From an uncultured Segetibacter sp. (GTDB lineage: Bacteria; Bacteroidota; Bacteroidia; Chitinophagales; Chitinophagaceae), in NCBI GenBank assembly GCA_964251885.1, contig CAXUMK010000001.1:22598-86597 (forward strand): a stretch of 64,000 bases of DNA. The letters run 5' to 3'. Under the pieces are notes generated by a model. The model was given only the letters and a program-made list of their open reading frames with translations, was not told the origin of the DNA and did not search any database. The position numbers were made by a program, and so were the translations under genes. Positions 42,466 through 53,271 of the stretch are shown here, piece after piece (within the stretch, counting starts at the first letter, position 1; each line of letters starts with the position of its first letter).

Positions 42466-43241
42466 AAAAAATATTATTGCTTTTAGCTTTATGCTTTAGC
42501 CTTTTTGCTTCCTATTCGCAAGCCCTTATCAAAGATGATGCGGTTGATAATCAAAGCCAGCGCATGGTTTTTCAACAATGGGACCAAAACAAGTTCTATC
42601 CCAAAGCCGGTTTTTTAAGTTTGAACCCTTACTACTGGCTGGTCTGGGGTTTGTTTGACCCTAATTACCATAAGAACGATCTACGTCCATTGAGCGCGGC
42701 AGGGCCACAGACCCAGCGGCTGGCGCTGGTCGGTACCATGAACGGTATCGACAACCGCTATAAACTCCAAGCCGACACTGCAAGGAACACGGCCCTATCC
42801 CAAATTGCTGCACAGTCAGGTTTATTATCGGATGCGGACCCTTTATGGCTGCTGTATTATAAAGAGCAATTTAATTCTTTACTGAATTATTCACCGGGCA
42901 ACATTTTAGGCGGATTATCGCCACAGGTCATCGGAAAATTGGTTTCTGAAGGGACGTACAGTTGGTATACGAGCGAACTTGACAAATTAAAGGAACGGCT
43001 TAATGGTGCCAGATTAGCTGATATGGACCACGGTTCCAGGATCATGGCGTATTACAGGATGCTGAATGAATACAAGAATTTATCGTCAGTTTGGGCGATC
43101 CGTACCTCCACCTCGCAGATGACGCTCGACATGGCAGGCCGCCAACAAGCACTTCATAAGGGCACGGTTACAATCCCCAACTGGACGCCTAACAGCGATG
43201 TTCAGATCGCCAACAAGATTTTGCGGGACGCTAAATATTAA
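42462..43241 (+). CDS. Secreted conjugative-element protein sharing the ..DAKY C-terminal motif
   Basis: Signal peptide ..FASYSQA. 259 aa ending in NSDVQIANKILRDAKY, related to the tails of the three preceding ORFs. Confidence 0.55.
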   Translation: MKKILLLLALCFSLFASYSQALIKDDAVDNQSQRMVFQQWDQNKFYPKAGFLSLNPYYWLVWGLFDPNYHKNDLRPLSAAGPQTQRLALVGTMNGIDNRYKLQADTARNTALSQIAAQSGLLSDADPLWLLYYKEQFNSLLNYSPGNILGGLSPQVIGKLVSEGTYSWYTSELDKLKERLNGARLADMDHGSRIMAYYRMLNEYKNLSSVWAIRTSTSQMTLDMAGRQQALHKGTVTIPNWTPNSDVQIANKILRDAKY

Positions 43242-43245
43242 CCAC

Positions 43246-44406
43246 ATGCGAAAGAAGATTATTTATCTATGCCTGCTCTTTTCCTTTTGGATAACGGCAG
43301 GATTTGCCCAGACGGCAACGGTAGATACGGCTATCAGCCGCAAGTCCCTGCAATATCTGCAGGGTGATGCGGTCTACGAAACGGGTATAATGGTGTTTTT
43401 AAAGGGCCTCAAAAATTCGATCTGGACACATTTCGATTTGTTCATTTCCGATGCCCAGGCGCTGGCGGCTATTTTTATGATCATCTTTTTTGCCATCAAA
43501 AGTTATGAAATGATGGTCGGCGACAAGCGCATGGAGATCATGCCGCTCCTTCGCCCGTTTGGGCTAGCCATGATCATTATCTGGTGGGGCGGGTTTGTCA
43601 AAATGATCGCCTTCCCAACCGATCTGGTTGCCGAGCAAACCGAGCAGATGTTTGATAGCGTGCAAAGCGAGGTGGACGGGCTTCGGATCACCCGGGCGAA
43701 CCTGATGCTACAGGTTGCTAATTCCTTGTACTCTTTTCAGGCCCAGGCCGAAGTGGCCGAAAAAGAAAGTGATTCCTGGTATGGACAAGCCTGGAACACG
43801 GTGACCAGCACGGTCAAACAGGGCATTGCCGATGTGGTATCGCCTTTACTGGAACTTAAAAACCGGCTGACGGTGGGTATGCAGCTATTGTTTACCCAAT
43901 TGCTGGAATTAATCGGCATTTGGATATTGCGGATTGCCGTCTATATCATCTTTATGATACAGATCATTTATTCCTCCATCCTGATCATATTAGGGCCATT
44001 CTCCGTGGCCGTAAGTATCCTGCCTGCTTTTCGGGATAGTTTCAGCACCTGGATCGCCCGCTTTATTTCGGTCAACCTTTACTCCGGTATCGCTTACCTG
44101 ATCATGTACCTTTGCGGTTTGATGCAGCAATATGCGCTGACGTCTGAGATCAGCAAATACCAGGAACTGGTCGGAAACAACGGCGCTGCCGATATGGCTA
44201 AAATGGCGGTTTTTGCGGGAAACGGTATCCTTTCTTTCGGTACGGTTATCATCGTTTTCGTGATCGGCGCCATTTGTATGTTCACCGTCCCCAGCATTTC
44301 TACCTGGATAATTTCCACTTCCGGAATCAGCTCTGCCGCTTCCAATTTTGGCCGGGGTGCCACCACCATGGCCGGGGCCACGCGAGTTGTCGGCAGTATC
44401 ATTTAA
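43246..44406 (+). CDS. traJ: TraJ-like polytopic membrane protein (VirB6-like)
   Basis: Signal peptide MRKKIIYLCLLFSFWITAGFAQ followed by at least 6 hydrophobic helices. It sits between the TraI-like and TraK-like genes. Confidence 0.75.
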   Translation: MRKKIIYLCLLFSFWITAGFAQTATVDTAISRKSLQYLQGDAVYETGIMVFLKGLKNSIWTHFDLFISDAQALAAIFMIIFFAIKSYEMMVGDKRMEIMPLLRPFGLAMIIIWWGGFVKMIAFPTDLVAEQTEQMFDSVQSEVDGLRITRANLMLQVANSLYSFQAQAEVAEKESDSWYGQAWNTVTSTVKQGIADVVSPLLELKNRLTVGMQLLFTQLLELIGIWILRIAVYIIFMIQIIYSSILIILGPFSVAVSILPAFRDSFSTWIARFISVNLYSGIAYLIMYLCGLMQQYALTSEISKYQELVGNNGAADMAKMAVFAGNGILSFGTVIIVFVIGAICMFTVPSISTWIISTSGISSAASNFGRGATTMAGATRVVGSII

Positions 44407-44423
44407 CCCTTTTCCTCTCTATT

Positions 44424-45038
44424 ATGATCGTTAAAAATATCGAAGCCAAGATACGGCTCGCAACACGAATAGCATTTGGCAGTTTTTTTACAGCTATCAT
44501 CTTATCAGCTATTTGCTGTTCTTATGCGTACCGACAAGTAAGCGATGCGCGCAGAAGTATTTACATCCTTAGCAATAATGTGCCGTTACAGGCCAGCCGG
44601 ACGGATGTGGAAATGAACCGGCCGGCCGAGTACCGCGCAGACGTGGAACTTTTCCATTCCTCATTCTTTTCACTTACACCTGATGATAAATTCATCGAAT
44701 ACCAACTCCGGAAAGCCATGTACCTGGTGGATCAGTCGGGGGTCGACCAGTACAACAACCTCAAGGAAAACGGCTATTTCAATTCAATCCTATCCTCCAG
44801 TTCCGTCATCACCTTGCAGACCGATTCCATTGCACTGGATATGTCCAGGCGGTACTTCCGCTATTATGGCAAATTAAAGATCGACCGGCGCAGCTCCACG
44901 GTGATCCGTTCGTTGGTAACGGAGGGTTATCTCAAAGACATCCCGCGCAGCGATAATAATCCCCACGGGGTGCTGATCATTAACTGGAAGACACTTGAAA
45001 ATAAAGACCTCGAAAATGTTCAAAAAAATACATTCTAA
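44424..45038 (+). CDS. traK: TraK-like protein (VirB8-like)
   Basis: About 204 aa with an N-terminal TM segment (IAFGSFFTAIILSAICCSYAY) followed by a globular domain. Start at MIVKNIEAKIR; the ORF-track extension overlaps traJ. Confidence 0.7.
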   Translation: MIVKNIEAKIRLATRIAFGSFFTAIILSAICCSYAYRQVSDARRSIYILSNNVPLQASRTDVEMNRPAEYRADVELFHSSFFSLTPDDKFIEYQLRKAMYLVDQSGVDQYNNLKENGYFNSILSSSSVITLQTDSIALDMSRRYFRYYGKLKIDRRSSTVIRSLVTEGYLKDIPRSDNNPHGVLIINWKTLENKDLENVQKNTF

Positions 45039-45441
45039 CCGCGATCCCAGGGATACGCTGTATAGTGAGTTAACAAAGGAGTTTTCTGTCTACGTCGGGA
45101 AAGGAAAAGGAATCTTTAAAAGTTTAATCTGCAGCTATCCGCGTTCTGTTCTTCTCTTTATGACCGTCCTGCTGGTGGCTTCCTTAATTATTGCAGTTGG
45201 ACTGCATTACAAAATAGTGCCTGAAGACCGGACGGCTAAACAAACAAAGGCCAGGCCTGCGCCGGCAAAAGAAGGGTTTGATAATATCATAGCCGTCGGG
45301 ATTGCCCTGAAACAAACCCTCCGGTTAAGTAGGCAGGTGGACAGTATCACGGCAAGGAAAACCTTAACAAAAACGGATAGCCTCATTTTATTTCAAGACC
45401 TGGACAGCCTGCAGCATATCCGTATCAATTTAAACCAATGA
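45016..45441 (+). CDS. TraL-position small membrane protein
   Basis: 141 aa from MFKKIHSNRD with one TM segment (VLLFMTVLLVASLIIAV). Lies between the traK and traM homologues. Confidence 0.55.
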   Translation: MFKKIHSNRDPRDTLYSELTKEFSVYVGKGKGIFKSLICSYPRSVLLFMTVLLVASLIIAVGLHYKIVPEDRTAKQTKARPAPAKEGFDNIIAVGIALKQTLRLSRQVDSITARKTLTKTDSLILFQDLDSLQHIRINLNQ

Positions 45442-46637
45442 CAGCTATGAACATCAACTTCAAACAACCCAAATATATTGTACCACTTATCCTGCTGCCC
45501 TTCTTATGTTTATTCTTTTTTGTTTACCACAGCGGCTCTGCCGCAAAAAAAGGTGAGGAAAAGAAACAAAACGGTCTCAATGGCACGGTCGGCCAGACCT
45601 CCGGCGATGTGCAGAAGAAACAATTGGAGGATAAGCTTGACGCCTACCGGAATACTTATAAGGAAGGCGACGGGTCAACAGCGGTGAATCCCTTGCCCTC
45701 CGAGAAAAGTAGCAATCCCGCTTATACTAGTGCTTATTCGGAAAAGGAGAAGCGGATGCTGGATTCTATTAACCAGGCCATGAAATCCAAATATGGTCAG
45801 ATAACAAAAGCACCTGACGGGCGCAGCAACCGGATGGCGAGTAACAATGACGAGGCAATGGTCAAAGCCTTAAACGGTTTGCGGAACAGGCGTTCCGAAG
45901 TAAGTGGCCCCGGCACAAACGCCCAGAGAGAAAATGACCCGATGGAAACCTTCCGCCATCAAATGGCCTACCTGGATAGTATGAACAAGGCCAGTGATCC
46001 GCATGTAAAGGCCGAACGTCAGAAAAAAGAAACGTTAGCAAAAGCTGCAGCGCAGAAAGCCGATGAACCAAAACTAACCGTAAAGCTGGCGGATGCTACA
46101 GCGCCCGAGTTTAATACCGTACGGTCGGAACAGCATCCTGATTTTATCAAAGTCGTGATCGACGAGAACCTGACCGGATATGCCGGGTCGCGTATCCGTC
46201 TAAGGCTACTGGATGATATCCAAGCTGGCAACTTTCTGATTAAAAAAGGGACTTATTTATTTGCGCTGATCACCGGCTTTTCGGGCCAACGCGTTGAGCT
46301 TTCGGTTAAATCGATCTTATATGAAAATAAGATCCTGCCTGTAAAGCTGAGCGTATACGACCTGGACGGCCTGGCCGGACTTTACGTTCCCGAATCCGCT
46401 TTCCGTGATTTCACCAAAGACCTGGGGACTAATACTGTCCAGGGCGTTACCCTCGAAGGCAGCGGCACTGGATCGGCAGCCAGCCAGTTTGCCATGAGCA
46501 CCGCCAGTAAAATGTTTCAATCGGCATCATCGGCGGTCGCCGGGTTGGTCCGTAAAAATAAAGCCGAGATCAAATACAATTCTTACCTCTATTTAATCGA
46601 TAACGAAGCGCTGGAAAAAGCGCAGCAACGCTACTAA
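45438..46637 (+). CDS. traM: TraM-like protein (VirB10-like)
   Basis: 399 aa with an N-terminal TM segment (YIVPLILLPFLCLFFFVY), a low-complexity Lys/Glu/Pro-rich linker and a C-terminal beta domain (..RIRLRLLDDIQAGNFLIKKGTYLFALITGF..). Confidence 0.75.
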   Translation: MTAMNINFKQPKYIVPLILLPFLCLFFFVYHSGSAAKKGEEKKQNGLNGTVGQTSGDVQKKQLEDKLDAYRNTYKEGDGSTAVNPLPSEKSSNPAYTSAYSEKEKRMLDSINQAMKSKYGQITKAPDGRSNRMASNNDEAMVKALNGLRNRRSEVSGPGTNAQRENDPMETFRHQMAYLDSMNKASDPHVKAERQKKETLAKAAAQKADEPKLTVKLADATAPEFNTVRSEQHPDFIKVVIDENLTGYAGSRIRLRLLDDIQAGNFLIKKGTYLFALITGFSGQRVELSVKSILYENKILPVKLSVYDLDGLAGLYVPESAFRDFTKDLGTNTVQGVTLEGSGTGSAASQFAMSTASKMFQSASSAVAGLVRKNKAEIKYNSYLYLIDNEALEKAQQRY

Positions 46638-46639
46638 CT

Positions 46640-47479
46640 ATGAATAGAATACTTTATTGCCTTGCCATCATTTGTATGGCAAGCCTGCATAACTATGCCC
46701 AGCATACGCCTTTCGCGAAGGGTTTGCGAAAAAACGCACTGCCTGTCGTTTACCTGCCGGAAAATGTTTCCGTGCAATTTATCTCGCCCGAACCCATCCA
46801 ATATGTAGATATATCGGCAAAGTCGGTCATAGGCGATCTTCCGCTTAAAAACGTCCTGCGGATCAGGTTCAAGGACTCGGTAAAATCTACAGATGCGGTA
46901 CTTACGATTGCGGGAGAAAAATTTATTGCCCAGTATCATATCGTCAAAGCTGATTCTATCACCGCCAGGGACTGCAGTACGAAAATCGAAATTGGGCCGG
47001 CTGATACCAAACCGCTCGATATCTCAGGCATCGGGCTTTCACAGGTTCAAATGAAGCGCATGTCACTGGCGCTTTTTTGTAAGCGGCCAGAGAGGGGAAT
47101 TGAACATACCAAAGCATTCGGTTTGAAAGCTTCGCTGTATCATTTGTATACTGCCGGTGATTACATTTTTGTCGACATAGGTTACCGGAACAAGACGAAC
47201 CTTTCATACAGTATCGAGAATTTCCGTTTTCACATCGATGATCAAAAGATCACCAGGGCCACTAACGTACAGTCAGTGGAATTGCACCCGGAATTTATCT
47301 TATTTGGCAACCCATTGTTTCAAAAAACCTATCGCAATGTTTTTGTCTTAAAGAAATTCACCTTTCCGGGCAACAAAATATTACATATCGAACTCAGCGA
47401 AAAGCAAATTTCCGGCAGGGCCATCACCCTGGATATCACCTACCAGGATGTGCTGGACGCAGACATTATCCCGCTATAA
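46640..47479 (+). CDS. traN: TraN-like protein (VirB9-like)
   Basis: 279 aa with signal peptide ..ASLHNYAQ. Its position after traM and beta-rich sequence (YIFVDIGYRNKTNLSYSIENFRFHIDD) fit the family. Confidence 0.7.
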   Translation: MNRILYCLAIICMASLHNYAQHTPFAKGLRKNALPVVYLPENVSVQFISPEPIQYVDISAKSVIGDLPLKNVLRIRFKDSVKSTDAVLTIAGEKFIAQYHIVKADSITARDCSTKIEIGPADTKPLDISGIGLSQVQMKRMSLALFCKRPERGIEHTKAFGLKASLYHLYTAGDYIFVDIGYRNKTNLSYSIENFRFHIDDQKITRATNVQSVELHPEFILFGNPLFQKTYRNVFVLKKFTFPGNKILHIELSEKQISGRAITLDITYQDVLDADIIPL

Positions 47480-47730
47480 TGAACCCTTTACACTTATTGG
47501 AACCCGACGAACGTGAGCGGTATGATTACCTGCAACTGGTTTTTGAGGAAGAATTCGAAGAGGCGCACTTGGCTTTTATGGTTAATGGCATCCTGGTCTA
47601 TGAGCTGCTGAACCTGCTGGCTGCCTGCGCTTACCTGTTTGATGAATTCGGGTTTCCTGAAAATGCTGACAGCCGCTTGCTACGCTACGCAGTTACCGGA
47701 ACTATTATCGAATACCTGGAAGGAGATTAA
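47479..47730 (+). CDS. Small, highly acidic protein (candidate anti-restriction/DNA-mimic)
   Basis: 83 aa with 18 Asp/Glu against 4 Arg and 0 Lys (my count). It includes the EEEFEE cluster. It lies directly upstream of the giant methylase-helicase gene. Confidence 0.55.
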   Translation: MNPLHLLEPDERERYDYLQLVFEEEFEEAHLAFMVNGILVYELLNLLAACAYLFDEFGFPENADSRLLRYAVTGTIIEYLEGD

Positions 47731-47734
47731 TATC

Positions 47735-50700
47735 ATGGCTTTTAATAGTTCAAAAAAACTGGCCGGTAATATCGATGCGCTGCGCATAGCCTTATCCGGA
47801 CAGGAAAGTTACAGCTTTGAAGAAACCGAGATATTGAAAGGCTATTCCGGATTTGGCGGCCTGAAAGCAGTCCTGTTTGATCCAGGTGAAATAGAAGACT
47901 GGGTAAAACAAAACGCATCGGCTAACGACCTGCGTTTATTTCCGCAAATGGTCCGACTGCATGCCTTGTTGCAAGAAAAGCTGAAAGGTGAGGGTTATAA
48001 AACCGCGGTTGATGCCATGAAAAGCAGCATCACAACGGCATTTTATACACCGGACCTGGTGCCAAGCGCGCTTTATGCGGCCATGAAAGAAAATGAAATT
48101 GTGCCGCAACGGTTGTATGAGCCAAGCAGTGGGGCCGGCGTATTCATAACCGAGGCGCTAAAAACTTTCACCGAATTGCAGGAGATCAACGCGGTGGAAA
48201 AGGATGTACTAACCGGCAGCATTCTCACTGCAATCGCCCGTTCATTTCCCGTGAAGTCTCAGGTCCAGGTCCGTGGCTTAGAGGAAACGGCCGTAACGGA
48301 AAAGGGCAGGTATGATTTCATTACCAGCAATATCCCTTACGGGAATTTTCGGGTGTTCGACCCGGCCTACCAGGGCAGCGCAGTCACCTTAAAAATCCAT
48401 GACTACTTTTTTGCAAAGGGACTGGACAAATTAGGGGACGGCGGTTTGCTGGCTTACCTCGTTACCGATGCTTTTTTGAACACCGCTTCCAATTCACTGG
48501 CGCGCAAGCATGTGTTTACTTCAGCAAACTTTATTAGCCTTTCGGTCTTGCCGGACAACCTCATGAAGGACAACGCCAATACTGAAGCACCAAGCCATTT
48601 GCTGGTGGTTCAAAAGAACGATTTCAAAGAAGCGTTTACCGCAGCAGAACAGCTGCTGCTCGAAACAGTCGAACAGGAAAACAGTTACGGAAAGTTTTCA
48701 GTCAATGCCTATATCGAACGCCACCCGGAATTATTATTGGGCGATACCCGGGGCGATGGTAAGAACCAATATGGAAAGGCGAGCAGGATGCTTTGGCAAA
48801 AAGGCGACTTGCAGGCGATCCGGGAACCCCTTTTCCAGCAAGTTGCAGCTGGGCTAAACGCCAATTTTGATATGGACCGTTGGAAGGGCTTGCAGGAAAA
48901 GCTAGCTTCGGAAAAACAGGAAGTAACAAAACCGATAGCAAATGTCCGGCTATTTACCTTTTTAAATCTTCCGGAAGTTACGCCGGATAAAAATGCCGGC
49001 CAGGGGCAGCTCGGGTTATTTGATGCACCCAATATCGACAATAACCTTGCGCAGAGGTACTTGTCCGATTTGGACAGGTCCTTTATTGACCCTTCGACTG
49101 GCAGGCAGATCAGTACGGTCCGTACTACCGTAAGGCCGGACCATGATAGTATTGTCCTCGTCACCGCCAGGGCTAAACAGTCCGGGCGCTATCTCTACAA
49201 ATTATACAGCAATGTCCGGGAACTCGGCTTTTCCAATAAGTGGGTCAGTGGAAACACGCTGGGGTTTGAGTTAAAAGCATTGTCGGCGAAGCTTAAACAG
49301 TTCAGCCATGACTACCGCTATGAGGGTGACAAGAGCCTCGAACCGGCCTTCGAACTAATGGCTGACCGGCCAGTGGCTTTTACCGCGCTCAAACCTTTTT
49401 ATCTCAGGAATACTTTGGTAATCCATGAGGGAAAGGCCGGCCTGATCGATGTGATTGAGAACGGCCAGGCGGATTTTAAGCCGTTTGAAAACCAGCAGGA
49501 CAAGGATTTCTTTCGCATTTATACCGCTTTGCGGGACAGTTACCTCGAATTGCATGCAAAGGAGGCGGAAACTTTACAGGTGCAGCCCCACCTCCGCGTA
49601 CTACTTAACCGGAGCTATGAAAGTTTTACCGGCAAATTCGGTGGCCTCAATAAAAGCAATAACCGCAACCGTTTGCTGCAGGATGCCGCCTTTGGCTTTA
49701 CCATCTTGTCTTCATTGGAACGCCGTGAAAATGATGCCTGGATCAAAGCGGATATCTTTTTCGGTCCGGTATTTCCACACCAGGAAAACCTGCATACCGA
49801 CGATCCGGCAGAAGGGCTGGCCCGCTGCCTGAACGACAAGGGCTTTGTTGACTTGGGCCATATCGGCAAAATGACCGGGTTAAGTGAATTTGAGGTCATC
49901 CGTCAGCTGGACGGCAAAATACTGATGAACGCGGCCAGCAGTAGATGGGAAACAACGGATGGTTACCTGTCCGGTAATGTTGTTCAGAAATTGTCGCTTG
50001 CGGAACAAGCAGGGGCTGACAAACCCGAAGACTTACAGATCGCACGTAGCTTGGCAGCCATGCGGCGCGTTCAGCCGGAAAAGATCCCCTTTGAATTATT
50101 GGATTTTAACCTAGGCGAACGCTGGATGCCGCTCCGTTATTATGAACAGTTTGCCAGTGACCTGTTTAGCCTCGATACCAGCATCGAATATTTTTCCTCT
50201 GTAGATTCCTTTAAAGTACATTACAAAAACGGCAATGCCAAGACAGATGAGGAGTTTGCCATTTTGCCCAAATCAGGCATCAAAATGAAGGGCGCAGCGC
50301 TGCTGGAACATGCGCTCGAAAACACCAGTCCCTATTTCAGCTATAAAATCGGCTCCGGCGATACGGCCATCCGTGTTCCCGATAATGAAGCGATCCAGTT
50401 GGGCCACCAGAAAATCGAATCAATCCGCAGCCGGTTTGAGGAATGGCTGCGCGACCTGCCCGGAACAGAAAAAAACAGCATTGAAGAGTTATACAACAAC
50501 ACCTTCAACTGCTATGTTTTGCGCGAGTATGACGGCAGCCATTTAGTCTTTCCGGGACTGGACAAAAAAGCTTTGGGCATCGAGGACCTTTACAGTTCGC
50601 AGAAAAACGCCGCATGGCGCATCATGCAGAACCGCGGTGCACTCATCGACCATGAAGTAGGACTGGGTAAAACTTTGACCATGATCGTTGCGGCGCAGGA

Positions 50701-53245
50701 GATGAAGCGTTTAGGAATCGTGCAAAAGCCCATGATCCTGGCGCTGAAAGCTAACGTGGGCCAGATCACCGACACATACCGCAAGGCCTATCCGCAGGCA
50801 AAATTACTTTCACCTGGGGAAAATGACTTTACGCCCGTTAAAAGGCAGGGACTGTTTCACCAGATCAAAAACAACAACTGGGACTGCGTCATCCTGACCC
50901 ATGACCAGTTCTGTAAAATACCGCAGTCGCCGGAAATTCAACAGCAGATATTTGAAACGGAACTGGACAATGTCGATAACGACCTGGCAACGCTTAGGTC
51001 TTTAGGCGGCGAAATTTCACGTTCGATGCTCAAAGGCCTGGAACTGCGGAAGACAAACCTTCAAGCTAAGCTAAAATCGGTTTTGTATGCCATCGACAAT
51101 AGAAAGGATACGGGTATCAATTTCCAGGAAATGAACATCGACCACCTCTTTGTAGATGAATCACATAAGTTTAAGAACCTGACCTTTACCACCCGCCACA
51201 ACCGGGTTGCAGGCTTAGGCAACATGGACGGCAGCCAAAAGGCATTGAACATGCTCTTTGCAGTGCGCACCCTGCAGCAGAAGTTTGAGGCCGACCTGTG
51301 CGTTACTTTCCTTTCAGGCACGCCGATATCAAACAGCCTGACTGAAATGTATTTGATCTTTAAATACCTGCGGCCAAATGAGCTGGAAAGGCAGCACATC
51401 TCCAACTTTGATGCCTGGGCAGCGGTATTTGCCAAAAAGACCACGGACTTCGAGTTCTCCGTCACCAACCAGATCATTGCCAAAGAGCGGTTCCGAAATT
51501 TTATCAAAGTGCCGGAACTGGCTTTATTTTATAATGAGATCACCGATTACAAAACCGCTAAACACATAAACCTCGATAAACCTAACCTGGCAGAAACATT
51601 GGTAAATATTCATCCGACACCTGACCAGCAGGCCTTCATTAAAAAATTAATGGAATTCGCGCAGACAGGCGATGCCACCCTGATCGGCCGCGCACCTTTA
51701 ACGGACGAAGAGGATAATGCAAGGATGCTGATCGCTACCAATTATGCCAAGAAGATGTCGGCGGATATGCGGCTGATCGACCCGGGTTATGAAGACCACC
51801 CGGATAATAAAGTAAATGTATGTGCGAGAAAGATCGCTGAGGTTTACAAATTGAGCAACGATCATAAAGGGACTCAGATCGTCTTCAGCGATATCGGCAC
51901 GCCAAAGCCGGACGCATTTAACATTTATGATGCACTTCGGGAAAAGCTGGTCAGGGATTTCGGTATCCCGGGCCATGAAATAACCTACATCCATGAGTGG
52001 ACGGACAGGCAGAAGCCGGAACTTTTCAGGAAAATGAATGCGGGCGAGATCAGGCTGCTATTAGGCAGTACCGAAAAGGCCGGCACGGGGTTAAACGTGC
52101 AGGCGCGGGTTTTAGCGATGCACCATTTTGATACGCCCTGGCGGCCATCCGACCTGGAACAACGCGATGGGCGCGGTGCAAGGCAGGGGAACTGGCTCGC
52201 AAAAAAACATTATGATAATAAAGTGCTGAACTTTATTTATGGCGTCGAACAATCACTGGATGCCTACAAGTTCAACCTACTCAAGAACAAGCAGACCTTC
52301 ATTTCACAGATGAAGAATTGTGAATTGAACGTAAGGACGTTGGATGAAGGCGCACTTGATGAAAAGAGCGGCATGAACTTTTCTGAATACATAGCCATTC
52401 TTTCCGGTGATACCACCCTGCTGGACAAGGCAAAGGTAGAAAAGAAAGTAGCCCAGCTGGAAGGTTGGAAAGCAGCGCACTTCAAAGAAGTAGCGCGTAA
52501 CCGTCAAAACCTGGAAAGGGCCGAAAAGGAACTGTCAGGCACCAGCTTAACGCTGAAAAGCCTGGTCGACGATGAAGCGCTATATAAACAGCAGTTGAAA
52601 TACACTGCGGAAGGTACGAAGCTTAACCCGGTTTCGCTTACAGGATTCAGTCCGGTTGATTCGGAAGCGTTGGGAAAAAAGATCATCGACCTGTACCGGC
52701 AATGGAAACCGGAAAAAGGCCAGCCCGAAGAAAAGCAGATCGGCAGCTTATACGGCTTTGACTTGTTTATCCGGCAGCAGCGGGAGGGATACGAAGAAAG
52801 CGGGCTATTCAAATACCGGTTGCAGAACCACTTTTTTGCCGAAGGGCCGGGCGGTATCAAATACCAGTCAAATAGCGGCCACCCCAATATCGACAACCCC
52901 AAACTAGCGGCGCGCTACTTCCTGAATGCTATCGACAAAATTACCAGCTTGCGGGATAAGTATGAGAAAAAGCAAAGCGAACTCATTGCTGAAATTCCGA
53001 CACTGAAAGAATTAAGCCTGAAAACATTTGAGAAAGAAGGGGAACTTACCGAATGGCGGGTGGAAATGCGCAGGCTGGAAAATGAAATCTCTGCAAAGAT
53101 AAGGGAGACACAGTTGAAGGCCGTTCCCTGCAACAAGGTGGAAGAAGCTATTGAAGATACCCTTGACCATTCCGAGAACCTTAGACCGCTGCGGTTACAG
53201 TCGCTCATGCCCCGCGATTATCCCAGGGAAACCCTCGGCAGATAG
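47735..53245 (+). CDS. Giant N6-adenine DNA methyltransferase / SNF2-type helicase fusion protein
   Basis: MTase motif I is [10 protein letters not shown] and motif IV is TSNIPYGNF. Helicase motifs are DHEVGLGKT (I), [11 protein letters not shown] (II, DExH), [12 protein letters not shown] (V) and [18 protein letters not shown] (VI). 1836 aa from MAFNSSKK (47735). Confidence 0.88.
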   Translation: MAFNSSKKLAGNIDALRIALSGQESYSFEETEILKGYSGFGGLKAVLFDPGEIEDWVKQNASANDLRLFPQMVRLHALLQEKLKGEGYKTAVDAMKSSITTAFYTPDLVPSALYAAMKENEIVPQRLYEPSSGAGVFITEALKTFTELQEINAVEKDVLTGSILTAIARSFPVKSQVQVRGLEETAVTEKGRYDFITSNIPYGNFRVFDPAYQGSAVTLKIHDYFFAKGLDKLGDGGLLAYLVTDAFLNTASNSLARKHVFTSANFISLSVLPDNLMKDNANTEAPSHLLVVQKNDFKEAFTAAEQLLLETVEQENSYGKFSVNAYIERHPELLLGDTRGDGKNQYGKASRMLWQKGDLQAIREPLFQQVAAGLNANFDMDRWKGLQEKLASEKQEVTKPIANVRLFTFLNLPEVTPDKNAGQGQLGLFDAPNIDNNLAQRYLSDLDRSFIDPSTGRQISTVRTTVRPDHDSIVLVTARAKQSGRYLYKLYSNVRELGFSNKWVSGNTLGFELKALSAKLKQFSHDYRYEGDKSLEPAFELMADRPVAFTALKPFYLRNTLVIHEGKAGLIDVIENGQADFKPFENQQDKDFFRIYTALRDSYLELHAKEAETLQVQPHLRVLLNRSYESFTGKFGGLNKSNNRNRLLQDAAFGFTILSSLERRENDAWIKADIFFGPVFPHQENLHTDDPAEGLARCLNDKGFVDLGHIGKMTGLSEFEVIRQLDGKILMNAASSRWETTDGYLSGNVVQKLSLAEQAGADKPEDLQIARSLAAMRRVQPEKIPFELLDFNLGERWMPLRYYEQFASDLFSLDTSIEYFSSVDSFKVHYKNGNAKTDEEFAILPKSGIKMKGAALLEHALENTSPYFSYKIGSGDTAIRVPDNEAIQLGHQKIESIRSRFEEWLRDLPGTEKNSIEELYNNTFNCYVLREYDGSHLVFPGLDKKALGIEDLYSSQKNAAWRIMQNRGALIDHEVGLGKTLTMIVAAQEMKRLGIVQKPMILALKANVGQITDTYRKAYPQAKLLSPGENDFTPVKRQGLFHQIKNNNWDCVILTHDQFCKIPQSPEIQQQIFETELDNVDNDLATLRSLGGEISRSMLKGLELRKTNLQAKLKSVLYAIDNRKDTGINFQEMNIDHLFVDESHKFKNLTFTTRHNRVAGLGNMDGSQKALNMLFAVRTLQQKFEADLCVTFLSGTPISNSLTEMYLIFKYLRPNELERQHISNFDAWAAVFAKKTTDFEFSVTNQIIAKERFRNFIKVPELALFYNEITDYKTAKHINLDKPNLAETLVNIHPTPDQQAFIKKLMEFAQTGDATLIGRAPLTDEEDNARMLIATNYAKKMSADMRLIDPGYEDHPDNKVNVCARKIAEVYKLSNDHKGTQIVFSDIGTPKPDAFNIYDALREKLVRDFGIPGHEITYIHEWTDRQKPELFRKMNAGEIRLLLGSTEKAGTGLNVQARVLAMHHFDTPWRPSDLEQRDGRGARQGNWLAKKHYDNKVLNFIYGVEQSLDAYKFNLLKNKQTFISQMKNCELNVRTLDEGALDEKSGMNFSEYIAILSGDTTLLDKAKVEKKVAQLEGWKAAHFKEVARNRQNLERAEKELSGTSLTLKSLVDDEALYKQQLKYTAEGTKLNPVSLTGFSPVDSEALGKKIIDLYRQWKPEKGQPEEKQIGSLYGFDLFIRQQREGYEESGLFKYRLQNHFFAEGPGGIKYQSNSGHPNIDNPKLAARYFLNAIDKITSLRDKYEKKQSELIAEIPTLKELSLKTFEKEGELTEWRVEMRRLENEISAKIRETQLKAVPCNKVEEAIEDTLDHSENLRPLRLQSLMPRDYPRETLGR

Positions 53246-53271
53246 ATCAACTTTAATTTTAACGATAAGTT

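Noticed and set aside
46634-46939. 101-aa minus-strand ORF overlapping the traM/traN junction
   Set aside because: It is antisense to tightly packed tra genes and has no start context or motif.
47639-47734. Upstream start of the methylase-helicase ORF overlapping the acidic 83-aa gene
   Set aside because: The ATG at 47735 lies 5 nt after the stop of the preceding gene. The extension would overlap it by 92 nt in another frame.
48702-53208. Minus-strand ORFs within the methylase-helicase gene (48709-49164, 51061-51507, 52504-52902, 52915-53208 and others)
   Set aside because: They are shadow ORFs opposite a 5.5-kb gene with ordered MTase and helicase motifs. They are Ser/Arg/Leu-rich and low in complexity.
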